Below, one piece after another: positions 29,800-37,882 of a stretch of DNA of 54,850 nucleotides. The DNA is from Nanobdellota archaeon. GTDB taxonomy: Archaea; Nanobdellota; Nanobdellia; Parvarchaeales; Parvarchaeaceae. The notes under the pieces are model-generated. The model searched no databases, was not told where the DNA came from, and saw only the letters and a program-made list of their open reading frames with translations. Position numbers and translations under genes: made by a program. Where the stretch lies: contig JAKAAW010000003.1 in NCBI GenBank assembly GCA_021802105.1, positions 1 through 54,850 of the forward strand. Reading direction: 5' to 3'. Position 1 is the stretch's first letter; every line of letters begins with the position of its first letter.

Positions 29800-30452
29800 A
29801 CAGGATTGGCGTTGACGAGGCTGGGCGCGGTCCGGTCATAGGGCCTCTTATAGTCGCCGGCGCCAGCATGGATGAGGAAACTGCTGCTAGATTTAAAGTT
29901 GCTGGTGTTAAAGATTCTAAATTACTTAGCATAAGACGGATATATTTACTAGAAAGACTGATAGTTGAAAACTGCGCTGGCTATAAAATAGAGAAAATAG
30001 ATCCTTCAGACATAGACGAAAGACACAACGACGGCACGAACCTAAACATGATGGAGTTGGATAGAATGTCGATAATAGCCAATTCACTAGTTGGTGACGT
30101 GGTTATAGTTGACTCACCCAGTGTTAATACTAAAAAGATAAAGTCTTACCTAGCTAAAAAGATAGTTGGAAAGGAACTGATAGTCGAAAACTACGCTGAT
30201 AAAAACCATGTGGAAGTATCTGCAGCGTCAATACTGGCAAAAGCGGTTCGTGAAAGAGAGGTGGCCACTATAAAGAGAGAATGGGATTACGACTTCGGAA
30301 GCGGTTACCCGTCAGATCCTAAAACGAGAAACTTCCTTAAGATAATAAAAGCAAACGGGCTTATATTGACTCCAAAATACATGAAATATATACGAAGAAC
30401 ATGGGCGACCTTAAAAAATCTTGATGACAAGAAACTTCAAGACTTCTTCTGA
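29796..30452 (+). CDS. rnhB: Ribonuclease HII
   Basis: GVDEAGRGPVIGP, DSK, VSAASILAK and GSGYPSDP motifs. Confidence 0.96.
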   Translation: MNRIGVDEAGRGPVIGPLIVAGASMDEETAARFKVAGVKDSKLLSIRRIYLLERLIVENCAGYKIEKIDPSDIDERHNDGTNLNMMELDRMSIIANSLVGDVVIVDSPSVNTKKIKSYLAKKIVGKELIVENYADKNHVEVSAASILAKAVREREVATIKREWDYDFGSGYPSDPKTRNFLKIIKANGLILTPKYMKYIRRTWATLKNLDDKKLQDFF

Positions 30453-30844
30453 AACAGTGCATCTATTATTTCCCCAGGTATTTGGACGGATTTCCATTTA
30501 GTCTTGTCTATAGCCACCTGTACGATATACCCTTCGCAAATAAGGTCATCGTCCCTTTTTATCCTAAAATCGAAGCGAAGCGCTTTCTCCGATAGTTGTG
30601 AAGGTAACAGATTTATCTTCAGCCTATCCCCAGTCCTTGCAGATTTGTAATATTTTGCATTTGATTCTACCACAACAAACCACACTTTATCATTTACCAA
30701 GGGAAAAATCCTGCCTGTTCTTTGATTAGCAAACTGCTCCAGTGCGTCAGTAAAGAACCTATAATAACCAGCATAATGCACCACCCCTTGGGCGTCAGTA
30801 TCGTATATCCTTACAGTCTCTTCGTAAACGAATGCGTCTTCCAT
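30437..30844 (-). CDS. Acyl-CoA thioesterase (YbgC/4HBT hot-dog fold)
   Basis: VRIYDTDAQGVVHYAGY motif. Confidence 0.9.
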   Translation of the reverse strand: MEDAFVYEETVRIYDTDAQGVVHYAGYYRFFTDALEQFANQRTGRIFPLVNDKVWFVVVESNAKYYKSARTGDRLKINLLPSQLSEKALRFDFRIKRDDDLICEGYIVQVAIDKTKWKSVQIPGEIIDALFQKKS

Positions 30845-30868
30845 TAAGTGTATACTATTTTTAATGTG

Positions 30869-31075
30869 GTGACATCTCTCATGAATGAATTCATGGGCTT
30901 CCGGCCCCCATTGAAAGCCTGGGCTTCATCAGAGCGTATAGTTCCCGCTCCTCTGGATACAGTCTGAATTTGCATGCTGTCAGCATATTGTTATTTTATT
31001 ACTTCTGCTATTTATGTTTTCTATTTTTGAGTCCTCTTTCATCCCACCTATAAAGATATGGGTTTTCCAAGTAAC
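30869..31075 (-). mobile_element. Miniature non-autonomous IS200/IS605-family element (internally deleted tnpB), copy 1
   Basis: Right end GAAGCCCATGAATTCATTCATGAGAGATGTCAC. Mini-ORF from ATG 30986 begins MLTACKFRLYP, like a TnpB N-terminus. Degenerate left-end hairpin about 31035-31068; left boundary approximate. Confidence 0.75.
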
Positions 31076-31116
31076 ACCCTATAAAGGGTTAAATTTACTG
31101 GTTTCAAAGAGTAACT

Positions 31117-32298
31117 ATGAAATTCATTCACATAGGGGACACTCATATAGGAGCGGTGTATAAAAACGAGACTAGGAATGAAGACGTTAAAGATTCCTTT
31201 AGACAGGTAGTAGACTCTGCAGTACGTGAGGGAGTTGATTTTATAGTGCACGCAGGGGACCTATTCAATGAAGGGAACCCGTCGCTGGATGCGCTCCTCT
31301 TTGCAACAGATCAGTTAAACAAGTTAAAAACTGCTGGGATAAAGATGTTTATAGTACCTGGATCACATGATGTTGGGATAGGGGAAAAAGACAGTATTTT
31401 AGAGCTTTTCGATCGAAACGGTCTTCTAGTAAACCTGAATTCAAAGAGATACATAAAGAATTCCGAAGAATCTTTCAAATTATATGGAGAAACGTACAAA
31501 AATGCATTCATCTGCGGTGTACAGGGTAAGAGAAGCAGAGTAGAGAATGATATCTTTAAGCGTTTATCTATAGATATAGACTCGGACGCATGGATAAAAA
31601 TATTCATATTCCATCACACTATATCAGCACTCGGAGAGCAGTTCAAAGACCTCGATACTGAGAGTCTACCTAAGGATTTTGACTATTACGCAGCAGGACA
31701 CTGGCACGGACATAAAGACGGTATAAAATATGACAGAGGGATTATACAATACCCGGGGTCTACAGAATATTGCGATGAAAAAGAGATTGTTGATAACCCA
31801 AATAGGGGCTTTTACTTGATAGAGTACGACAATAATGGAATAAGATACATAGAGTACAAGATATTAAAAACTAGGCAAAAAGACATTTTTGAACTGTCAG
31901 CCAGTGGAAGAAGCGCTGACGATATAAATGATGAGATACTCTCAAAACTAACACAAAACGACGGTAAAATATTAGTGGTTAAAATAACTGGAAAGATGCT
32001 TGGAAAAAGAAGTGAGCTGAATATAGCAGGGATAAGACGTGCTGCTAACGCAATCGGTTATTCGTATAGTAGTATCAACACGGCTAAACTTACAGACAAT
32101 GACGATGTGTCTATAGCTACACAAGAAGTAGACCTAACTAGAATAGAAGCTGATTTTTTAAAACAAAGAAATTACAATGCTGAACAGATACAATTAGCCA
32201 AAATTCTTATAGACGCGATGGAGAACGGCATGGACGCACATGGCATAAAAAAGAAAGCAGAAGAGTGGTTTGAAAAATATGATAATAAAAGAAATTGA
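31117..32298 (+). CDS. mre11: DNA double-strand break repair nuclease Mre11
   Basis: GDTHIG, AGDLF, PGSHD and AGHWH motifs; upstream of rad50. Confidence 0.92.
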   Translation: MKFIHIGDTHIGAVYKNETRNEDVKDSFRQVVDSAVREGVDFIVHAGDLFNEGNPSLDALLFATDQLNKLKTAGIKMFIVPGSHDVGIGEKDSILELFDRNGLLVNLNSKRYIKNSEESFKLYGETYKNAFICGVQGKRSRVENDIFKRLSIDIDSDAWIKIFIFHHTISALGEQFKDLDTESLPKDFDYYAAGHWHGHKDGIKYDRGIIQYPGSTEYCDEKEIVDNPNRGFYLIEYDNNGIRYIEYKILKTRQKDIFELSASGRSADDINDEILSKLTQNDGKILVVKITGKMLGKRSELNIAGIRRAANAIGYSYSSINTAKLTDNDDVSIATQEVDLTRIEADFLKQRNYNAEQIQLAKILIDAMENGMDAHGIKKKAEEWFEKYDNKRN

Positions 32299-34684
32299 AC
32301 TTAATAACATACGAAGTCATGTACACACTACTATAAACTTTACTGACGGAATAAACATAATAACTGGTAATACTGGCAGCGGTAAATCCTCGATCCTTAT
32401 GGCTTTAGAGTACGCCCTTTTTGGAAAAATAGGGGAGGGCAGAGAAGAGGGAAAAATGCTTCTGCGTAGAGGCGAATCTACCGGATCTATTGCCGTAAAA
32501 TTCGGAGAGAGTGAGTCCGAATATTATATTAAGAGAGGTCTTAAACGCACTGCAGGTGCTGTGAGAAATGATGATTCGGAAAATGAGATAAGAAAAGATG
32601 ACGAGATGGTAAATCTTCAAAATAGGGCTTCAGACCTAAACGATTACATACTCAAGACATTAAAAATAGAATCGGACACTCCATTGAAAACGTTTGAATC
32701 AATCACATACATAAAACAAGATGAACTGAAGGAATTAATATTCGACAGCGGACAGACAAAACAGGAATATATAGATCAGCTACTTCAACTAAACAAATAC
32801 GTAGACACTTATAATGCTCTTAAAGACGTTATATCACTCATAAAAGAGGAAGTTGATGTAAAAAGACTCGAAGAGGCATTGACGGTAGACGAGAACGACC
32901 TCATAAGAATAGAGAGTAGAATTAACGAGCTTAAAACTATAAATGAAGTCGCCAGAAAAGAGTTATCAAATATTGATAACGAGATTAAGAGCAATAAGTC
33001 TGGGCTTGAACAGGCAGAGAGCAAATTAAAGTTCTATAATGAAAAGAAAAGTGAACACACTAGATTATTAGCAGAAAGATACGAAAAGCTATCAAGATTA
33101 GAAAAACTAAAAGAGAGCATAAGCAAATTAGAACGTGAGATAGCAACCAGAAATACGGATATATTAAACATAGACGAAAAAAAAGAAGACACTATTAAAA
33201 AGAGAATAAGAGAGATAGAGATTAAACGGGATGAGAAGACACAAGAAGAGAGATCTGCTTTCAAGTCATTGTATGAGAAGAAGGCACATGAGAAATCAAA
33301 AATAGATAAACTTAAAGACTTGGAGTCAGAGATATCTAGACTAACTTCTGACAGATTAAAACTAGAGACTGAGCTGTCTAAGGTAGAAAAGGACCTGAAA
33401 GATGCTACCGAAACGTTATCCACTGATGAGCTGAACGGTAGAATCAAACAAATCAAAATAGAAATAGAAGGAATAAATAAGGACAAGAATGAAGCAATAA
33501 ATAATAAAGTGTGCCAGATATGCGGTGAGAATATAACAAACACAGCTCACTTAGAGAAAGAATATAATTCAAGACTATCAGAATACAACAGAATAATATC
33601 TGACCTATCAAAAATGATAAACTTGAACAAAATAGGAAAGACAAAAGCAACCTTAGAAAAGGATTTCAGCGTATTTATAGGGAAAAGAGATGACATAATA
33701 AAAAGGCTCGAAGAGAAAATAAAAGAAACCACTGAAGTAAATTTAGAAGAGATTAGAGCCGTTATTGAAACTGACAACAAAATGTATGAAGTGCTTTTAT
33801 CTGAAGAAAAACTTCTTACGAACGAATTAAAGGAACTTAACTTAGAGTTAGATTCTATAAATAAAATAAGAAATGAGCTTAAAGAGTTAGAGATAAACAG
33901 GGCTAGAAAGGACTCATTGGAATCAGAAGCAAAAAAGTTAGATGAGGAATTAGAGATTACACTATCCAAGATCAATTCAATTGATTTTAAACAAGAAGAA
34001 CTCAATGAATCGGAATCTATATACAAAGATATCACTCTACTCATACACAAACTTACATCTGAGTCTTCTAGGCTTAAAGGCAATGTTGAAGCAAGAGAGT
34101 CAGAAATAAGCGAGAATTTACACAAGCTAGATGAAGTAAAAGAAAAACTTAAAAAACGCGATGAGTTAAGAAGAGAGGTAGAAAAGAGGGATAACTTCTT
34201 GACTCTTATAGATAACCTAAGAAAGGACATACGCGATATAAGAGAGTACGTTAGGAATCGTTTCATTAATGATTTCAAGGCCATTTTCCAATCCAGATTC
34301 TCTGAGATAAGAAGTGAGAGCGAATACACTATAGATATCGATAACGACTACAATGTCAAGGTTATCGCAAGCAATGATATATTGGATGCTAAAGCACTAT
34401 CTGGTGGGGAAAAAACGTCAGTAGCACTTGCCTATAGAATGGCTCTCTCATCTATAGCTTCGTTGCTTGGCGGTGTAAACAAGAATGAGTCTCTGCTGAT
34501 GGATGAACCGACTTCCGGTCTTGATAAAGAGGACATAAATGCTCTCTCTAGTTGCATAACCAAAATAACAGACATAAACCAGATAATTATAGTAACACAT
34601 GAAGATACAATGAAGAATATAGCTGATAACATGATAAGTGTCTCTAAAGTGACTGGTGAATCTAAGATATCCTCATCAAAATGA
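32279..34684 (+). CDS. rad50: DNA double-strand break repair ATPase Rad50
   Basis: GNTGSGKSS, coiled coil with CQIC zinc hook, LSGGE and DEPT motifs. Confidence 0.93.
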   Translation: MIIKEIELNNIRSHVHTTINFTDGINIITGNTGSGKSSILMALEYALFGKIGEGREEGKMLLRRGESTGSIAVKFGESESEYYIKRGLKRTAGAVRNDDSENEIRKDDEMVNLQNRASDLNDYILKTLKIESDTPLKTFESITYIKQDELKELIFDSGQTKQEYIDQLLQLNKYVDTYNALKDVISLIKEEVDVKRLEEALTVDENDLIRIESRINELKTINEVARKELSNIDNEIKSNKSGLEQAESKLKFYNEKKSEHTRLLAERYEKLSRLEKLKESISKLEREIATRNTDILNIDEKKEDTIKKRIREIEIKRDEKTQEERSAFKSLYEKKAHEKSKIDKLKDLESEISRLTSDRLKLETELSKVEKDLKDATETLSTDELNGRIKQIKIEIEGINKDKNEAINNKVCQICGENITNTAHLEKEYNSRLSEYNRIISDLSKMINLNKIGKTKATLEKDFSVFIGKRDDIIKRLEEKIKETTEVNLEEIRAVIETDNKMYEVLLSEEKLLTNELKELNLELDSINKIRNELKELEINRARKDSLESEAKKLDEELEITLSKINSIDFKQEELNESESIYKDITLLIHKLTSESSRLKGNVEARESEISENLHKLDEVKEKLKKRDELRREVEKRDNFLTLIDNLRKDIRDIREYVRNRFINDFKAIFQSRFSEIRSESEYTIDIDNDYNVKVIASNDILDAKALSGGEKTSVALAYRMALSSIASLLGGVNKNESLLMDEPTSGLDKEDINALSSCITKITDINQIIIVTHEDTMKNIADNMISVSKVTGESKISSSK

Positions 34685-34790
34685 TACACACAGATAGATT
34701 CTTTCTTCCCAAGATTGCAAGAAGATGTTATGCTGCATCACCATATCAAAAACTATTTCCACACATTTACTAACAAAATTTATAAAAATA

Positions 34791-34892
34791 TGCAGGGAGG
34801 GAGATTTGAACTCCCGAACCCACAAAGGGAACAGATGACCCAAACGCAAATTCTTGAGTCTGTCACGTTTGGCCAGGCTTCGCTATCCCTGC
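34791..34892 (-). tRNA. tRNA-Leu(CAA) with 16-nt intron at 37/38 (34837-34852)
   Basis: GCAGGGA acceptor, ACAGA-ctCAAg[intron]a-TCTGT, BHB helix CTCA/TGGG. Confidence 0.93.
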
Positions 34893-34953
34893 ACACTATT
34901 TAGTAGGACCCCACGTTTATAAAATTATGAAGAGAGCTTTATGACTTGTATAA

Positions 34954-35178
34954 TCATTTATTTTTTACGTTACCGCTTATATCTAAGAAAAGCTTTTTCA
35001 CATCGTTGTTCATCTTTGAAAGCATCCCAGTTACATCATCTAATTTTTTCTTATTGGCATCGTGTATTTTTGATATGCGCTCTAAGTACTCTTCAACCTT
35101 AGGAATCTCCCTCTTGAAGTCGTCGTACTTTGCCTTTACAGAAAAAGGCAGACCAACAAAGATGTCATCTCTCTCCAT
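34954..35178 (-). CDS. Small hypothetical protein
   Basis: 74-aa charged helical ORF between two tRNAs with an AT-rich upstream region. Confidence 0.6.
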   Translation of the reverse strand: MERDDIFVGLPFSVKAKYDDFKREIPKVEEYLERISKIHDANKKKLDDVTGMLSKMNNDVKKLFLDISGNVKNK

Positions 35179-35237
35179 TTAAGAAGATTATCCGTTCTAG
35201 CTTAAATATCTTTTTCCTTCCATTTACAAAACATATT

Positions 35238-35351
35238 TGCAGGGGGTGGGATTTGAACCCACGAGGGCGCTAGGCCGCAGGATGTCCTATTCGTGCTATT
35301 ATAACGTAAAGCTTAAGTCCTGCGCGTTGGGCCGGGCTTCGCTACCCCTGC
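35238..35351 (-). tRNA. tRNA-Leu(TAA) with 28-nt intron at 37/38 (35284-35311)
   Basis: CAGGA-ctTAAg[intron]a-TCCTG, BHB helix CTTA/TAGG. Confidence 0.93.
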
Positions 35352-35434
35352 ATTAAGGAATCTAAAGCGTTTTAGTTATATATAGCCGAGAGATAGTTGT
35401 CCAATACTACTTTCATTAAACGTTGAGAGAGGGC

Positions 35435-35551
35435 TTATGCACTTCTCTCACGCATCAATCGTCTCCTTCTTTTTCTCTCGAGCATTTTCTTCTTTCTGGT
35501 CTTCCACCTATCTTTGTGATATTTCTTCCAGTTCTTTGAACTTCTTTTCAT
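35435..35551 (-). CDS. rpl41e: Ribosomal protein eL41/eS32 (38 aa; absent from the ORF track)
   Basis: MKRSSKNWKKYHKDRWKTRKKKMLERKRRRRLMRERSA*; resembles archaeal L41e (MKRSS..WKK...RWK); AGGTAA just upstream. Confidence 0.82.
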   Translation of the reverse strand: MKRSSKNWKKYHKDRWKTRKKKMLERKRRRRLMRERSA

Positions 35552-35575
35552 ATGTTTACCTTTAACTCTTAGGAT

Positions 35576-36097
35576 TTATACCTTTGCTCCCACAGCTCCA
35601 TCGCTGTTCTGGTATTTCCCAGAGTATGCTCCCTTCACCTCACTCCTTGTAGTACTAAATACCAGATGCAAAAATCTTGTTCCCACTTCAATCTCTATAG
35701 GTACAGCGCCGCCGGACACACCAATTGTGAGATCTCCTCCATAACCTGCATCGACAATGGTAGGCGGGATAGAGATACCTAAACGGGCAAATGTAGATCT
35801 TAAGTTACAGAAACCTATAATATCATTTGGCATTTTGACTCTCTCTTTTATCTTTACTAATATCTTCTCATTCGCATTAAGAACGAAACTGCCGCTCACT
35901 TTTTCCTTCTTGGATATTGCTGCAACAGCATCCTTATCGGATATTTTTATGGTACTGCCCATATCAGCGAACCTTATTATCTCATCACCTATTCTTAAAT
36001 CTACGCCGTTCTCCCTTATCGTATCCTCTGACAAAGGTATTATCCCTAGTTTACCCTGCTCTAGGTACTCTTTTATGTCGCCGTTTCCGAGTATCAT
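35576..36097 (-). CDS. dcd: dCTP deaminase
   Basis: MILG..IK, GVDLRIG, RSTFARLG, VDAGY and YSGKYQ motifs; true start ATG 36097. Confidence 0.93.
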   Translation of the reverse strand: MILGNGDIKEYLEQGKLGIIPLSEDTIRENGVDLRIGDEIIRFADMGSTIKISDKDAVAAISKKEKVSGSFVLNANEKILVKIKERVKMPNDIIGFCNLRSTFARLGISIPPTIVDAGYGGDLTIGVSGGAVPIEIEVGTRFLHLVFSTTRSEVKGAYSGKYQNSDGAVGAKV

Positions 36098-36100
36098 ATT

Positions 36101-36284
36101 GTTACATCCTCTATGAGTGGATTTATGGGCTTCATCAGAGCGTATAGTTCCCGCTCCTCTGGATACAGTCTGAATTTGCATGCTGTCAGCATATTGTTAT
36201 TCTGCCTCTCCTGCTATTTATGTTTTCCATTCTTTCAGTCCGCTTTCATCTCATCTATAGAGAGTCTGGGCTTTCATGCTCACG
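36101..36284 (-). mobile_element. Miniature IS200/IS605-family element, copy 2
   Basis: 36126-36201 is identical to 30920-30995 (76 nt); degenerate right end ...GAGGATGTAAC and left-end hairpin about 36241-36276. Confidence 0.75.
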
Positions 36285-36383
36285 TCGATAAAATATTTTC
36301 TATAGTAATCCCAAAGTATCGCAAAAATGAAATATAGCGGCAAAAACTTAAAAGATTTATACTTGGCTGAATCTAATAAGTAT

Positions 36384-37046
36384 ATGGAGTATAGAGGTGT
36401 GAAAATAGAGTGGTTACACCACAATTGCTTCAGGATTACCGGTAAAACCAAGGTAATCTATACTGACCCGTATAAAATTACGGGTAATTACAACGATGCC
36501 GATTTAGTTCTTATAACACATGACCATTATGACCATCTGGATCCAGATAGTCTGAAAAAGGTGTTGTCAGAGTCAAGCGAAATAATAGCGCCTACGGACT
36601 GCAAAGAAAAGCTAGCGCAGTTCTCTAATAGAAAAATCTTAGTAGTCCCATTTGAGGTAAAAATAGTGGATGATGTTACAGTAAAAACGGTACCATCATA
36701 TAATACAAACAAATTTCGTTCTGGAAAAGAAGTCTTTCATCCTCTGCAGAAAGGAAATGTAGGATACGTGTTTATAGTAGACGGCGTCCGTTTTTATATA
36801 GCTGGAGACACTGACTTCATAAAAGAAATGAAGGACATAAAGACGGACGTAGCTCTTTTGCCGGTTAGCGGGGTATATGTTATGACGTATGATGAAGCGG
36901 CCGAAGCAGCGATTACGATAGGCGCAGCACTTACTATACCTGCACATTACGGATCTGGTATAGGCACAGCAAAAGAAGCTGAAGAATTTAAGAAACTTTT
37001 AGGTGACAGATTAAAAGTTGAGATACTTAAATCATCGGAGAAGTAA
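36384..37046 (+). CDS. MBL-fold metallo-hydrolase
   Basis: THDHYDHLD, YIAGDT and PAHY motifs; likely start ATG 36384. Confidence 0.9.
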   Translation: MEYRGVKIEWLHHNCFRITGKTKVIYTDPYKITGNYNDADLVLITHDHYDHLDPDSLKKVLSESSEIIAPTDCKEKLAQFSNRKILVVPFEVKIVDDVTVKTVPSYNTNKFRSGKEVFHPLQKGNVGYVFIVDGVRFYIAGDTDFIKEMKDIKTDVALLPVSGVYVMTYDEAAEAAITIGAALTIPAHYGSGIGTAKEAEEFKKLLGDRLKVEILKSSEK

Positions 37047-37420
37047 TATTAATACTAAATATTTTAAAATTAATAACCCGCCAAGTAAAAAAGGATGAAT
37101 AAAATAGCTACTTGAGGAAAGCTGCTGACCCATGAGGACTCTACTCCTTTGTATGCTGCCCAGATTTTGATAATGGACTTTTAAGTGAGTTTTAACTCTT
37201 TTTCGACCTTGGGGGTTAACGGCTACTCATTGACGATAAAAAAGGTTTCTTGTACAGATTCAAGAGAATGGACTATGTGAAGAGTGTTTGAGTTTCATGA
37301 TAATTCTACAGCGGCCAGAAAAAGAATAGGAAGATGTTTTCAGACCTGTGTAAATGCTCTGGAAGCCTTCTATGGGGGATTAACAAGATTTATATACTTA
37401 CTAAATTATAAGATACAGAT

Positions 37421-37807
37421 ATGTCGAAAAGTACAGCGCCGAGTCTTAAGAAATTAGGAGGCGGTTTCAAGGGAAAGAGAAGGGATAAAAGGAAAAGCGA
37501 GACCATAGCAACGACCATACCCGTACAGGTCGGAGACAATGATAAGCGTGGTTCTGTAAGAACCCTTGGGGGTAACAAAAAGATAAGATTGCTTCGCGTT
37601 AAAACTGGGAACTTGTTTGATCCATTAAAAAAAGAGTTCAGCAAAGTAACGCTAATAAGAGTTATTGAAAACAAATCGAACAGATCCTACGCTAGAAGAA
37701 ACATAGTAACAAAGGGTTGCGTGATCGAAACATCGTCCGGTAACGCCATGGTTGTTAACAGGCCTGGACAAAGTGGACAGGTCTCCCTTATAAAACTGGA
37801 AAAATAA
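37421..37807 (+). CDS. rps8e: 30S ribosomal protein eS8
   Basis: RTLGGN.K, RRNIVTKG.VIET and RPGQSG motifs. Confidence 0.95.
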   Translation: MSKSTAPSLKKLGGGFKGKRRDKRKSETIATTIPVQVGDNDKRGSVRTLGGNKKIRLLRVKTGNLFDPLKKEFSKVTLIRVIENKSNRSYARRNIVTKGCVIETSSGNAMVVNRPGQSGQVSLIKLEK

Positions 37808-37882
37808 GCACAACCTGCTAAATAGGGTTTTTATGAAAAGATTTTATATTGTACACTGCACATAAGAGTTCATAGAAAGCAT

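Noticed and set aside
33034..34329. Long antisense ORFs opposite rad50, and similar ones opposite lonB and the rpo genes
   Set aside because: Shadow ORFs caused by codon bias on the coding strand.
13210..35351. Sequence similarity among the three tRNA-Leu genes as possible att-site duplication
   Set aside because: All three are complete isoacceptors with different anticodons, and no integrase is present.
37113..37125. GAGGAAAG resembling the RNase P RNA 5' conserved motif
   Set aside because: It does not continue as GTCC and I found no matching 3' P4 strand.
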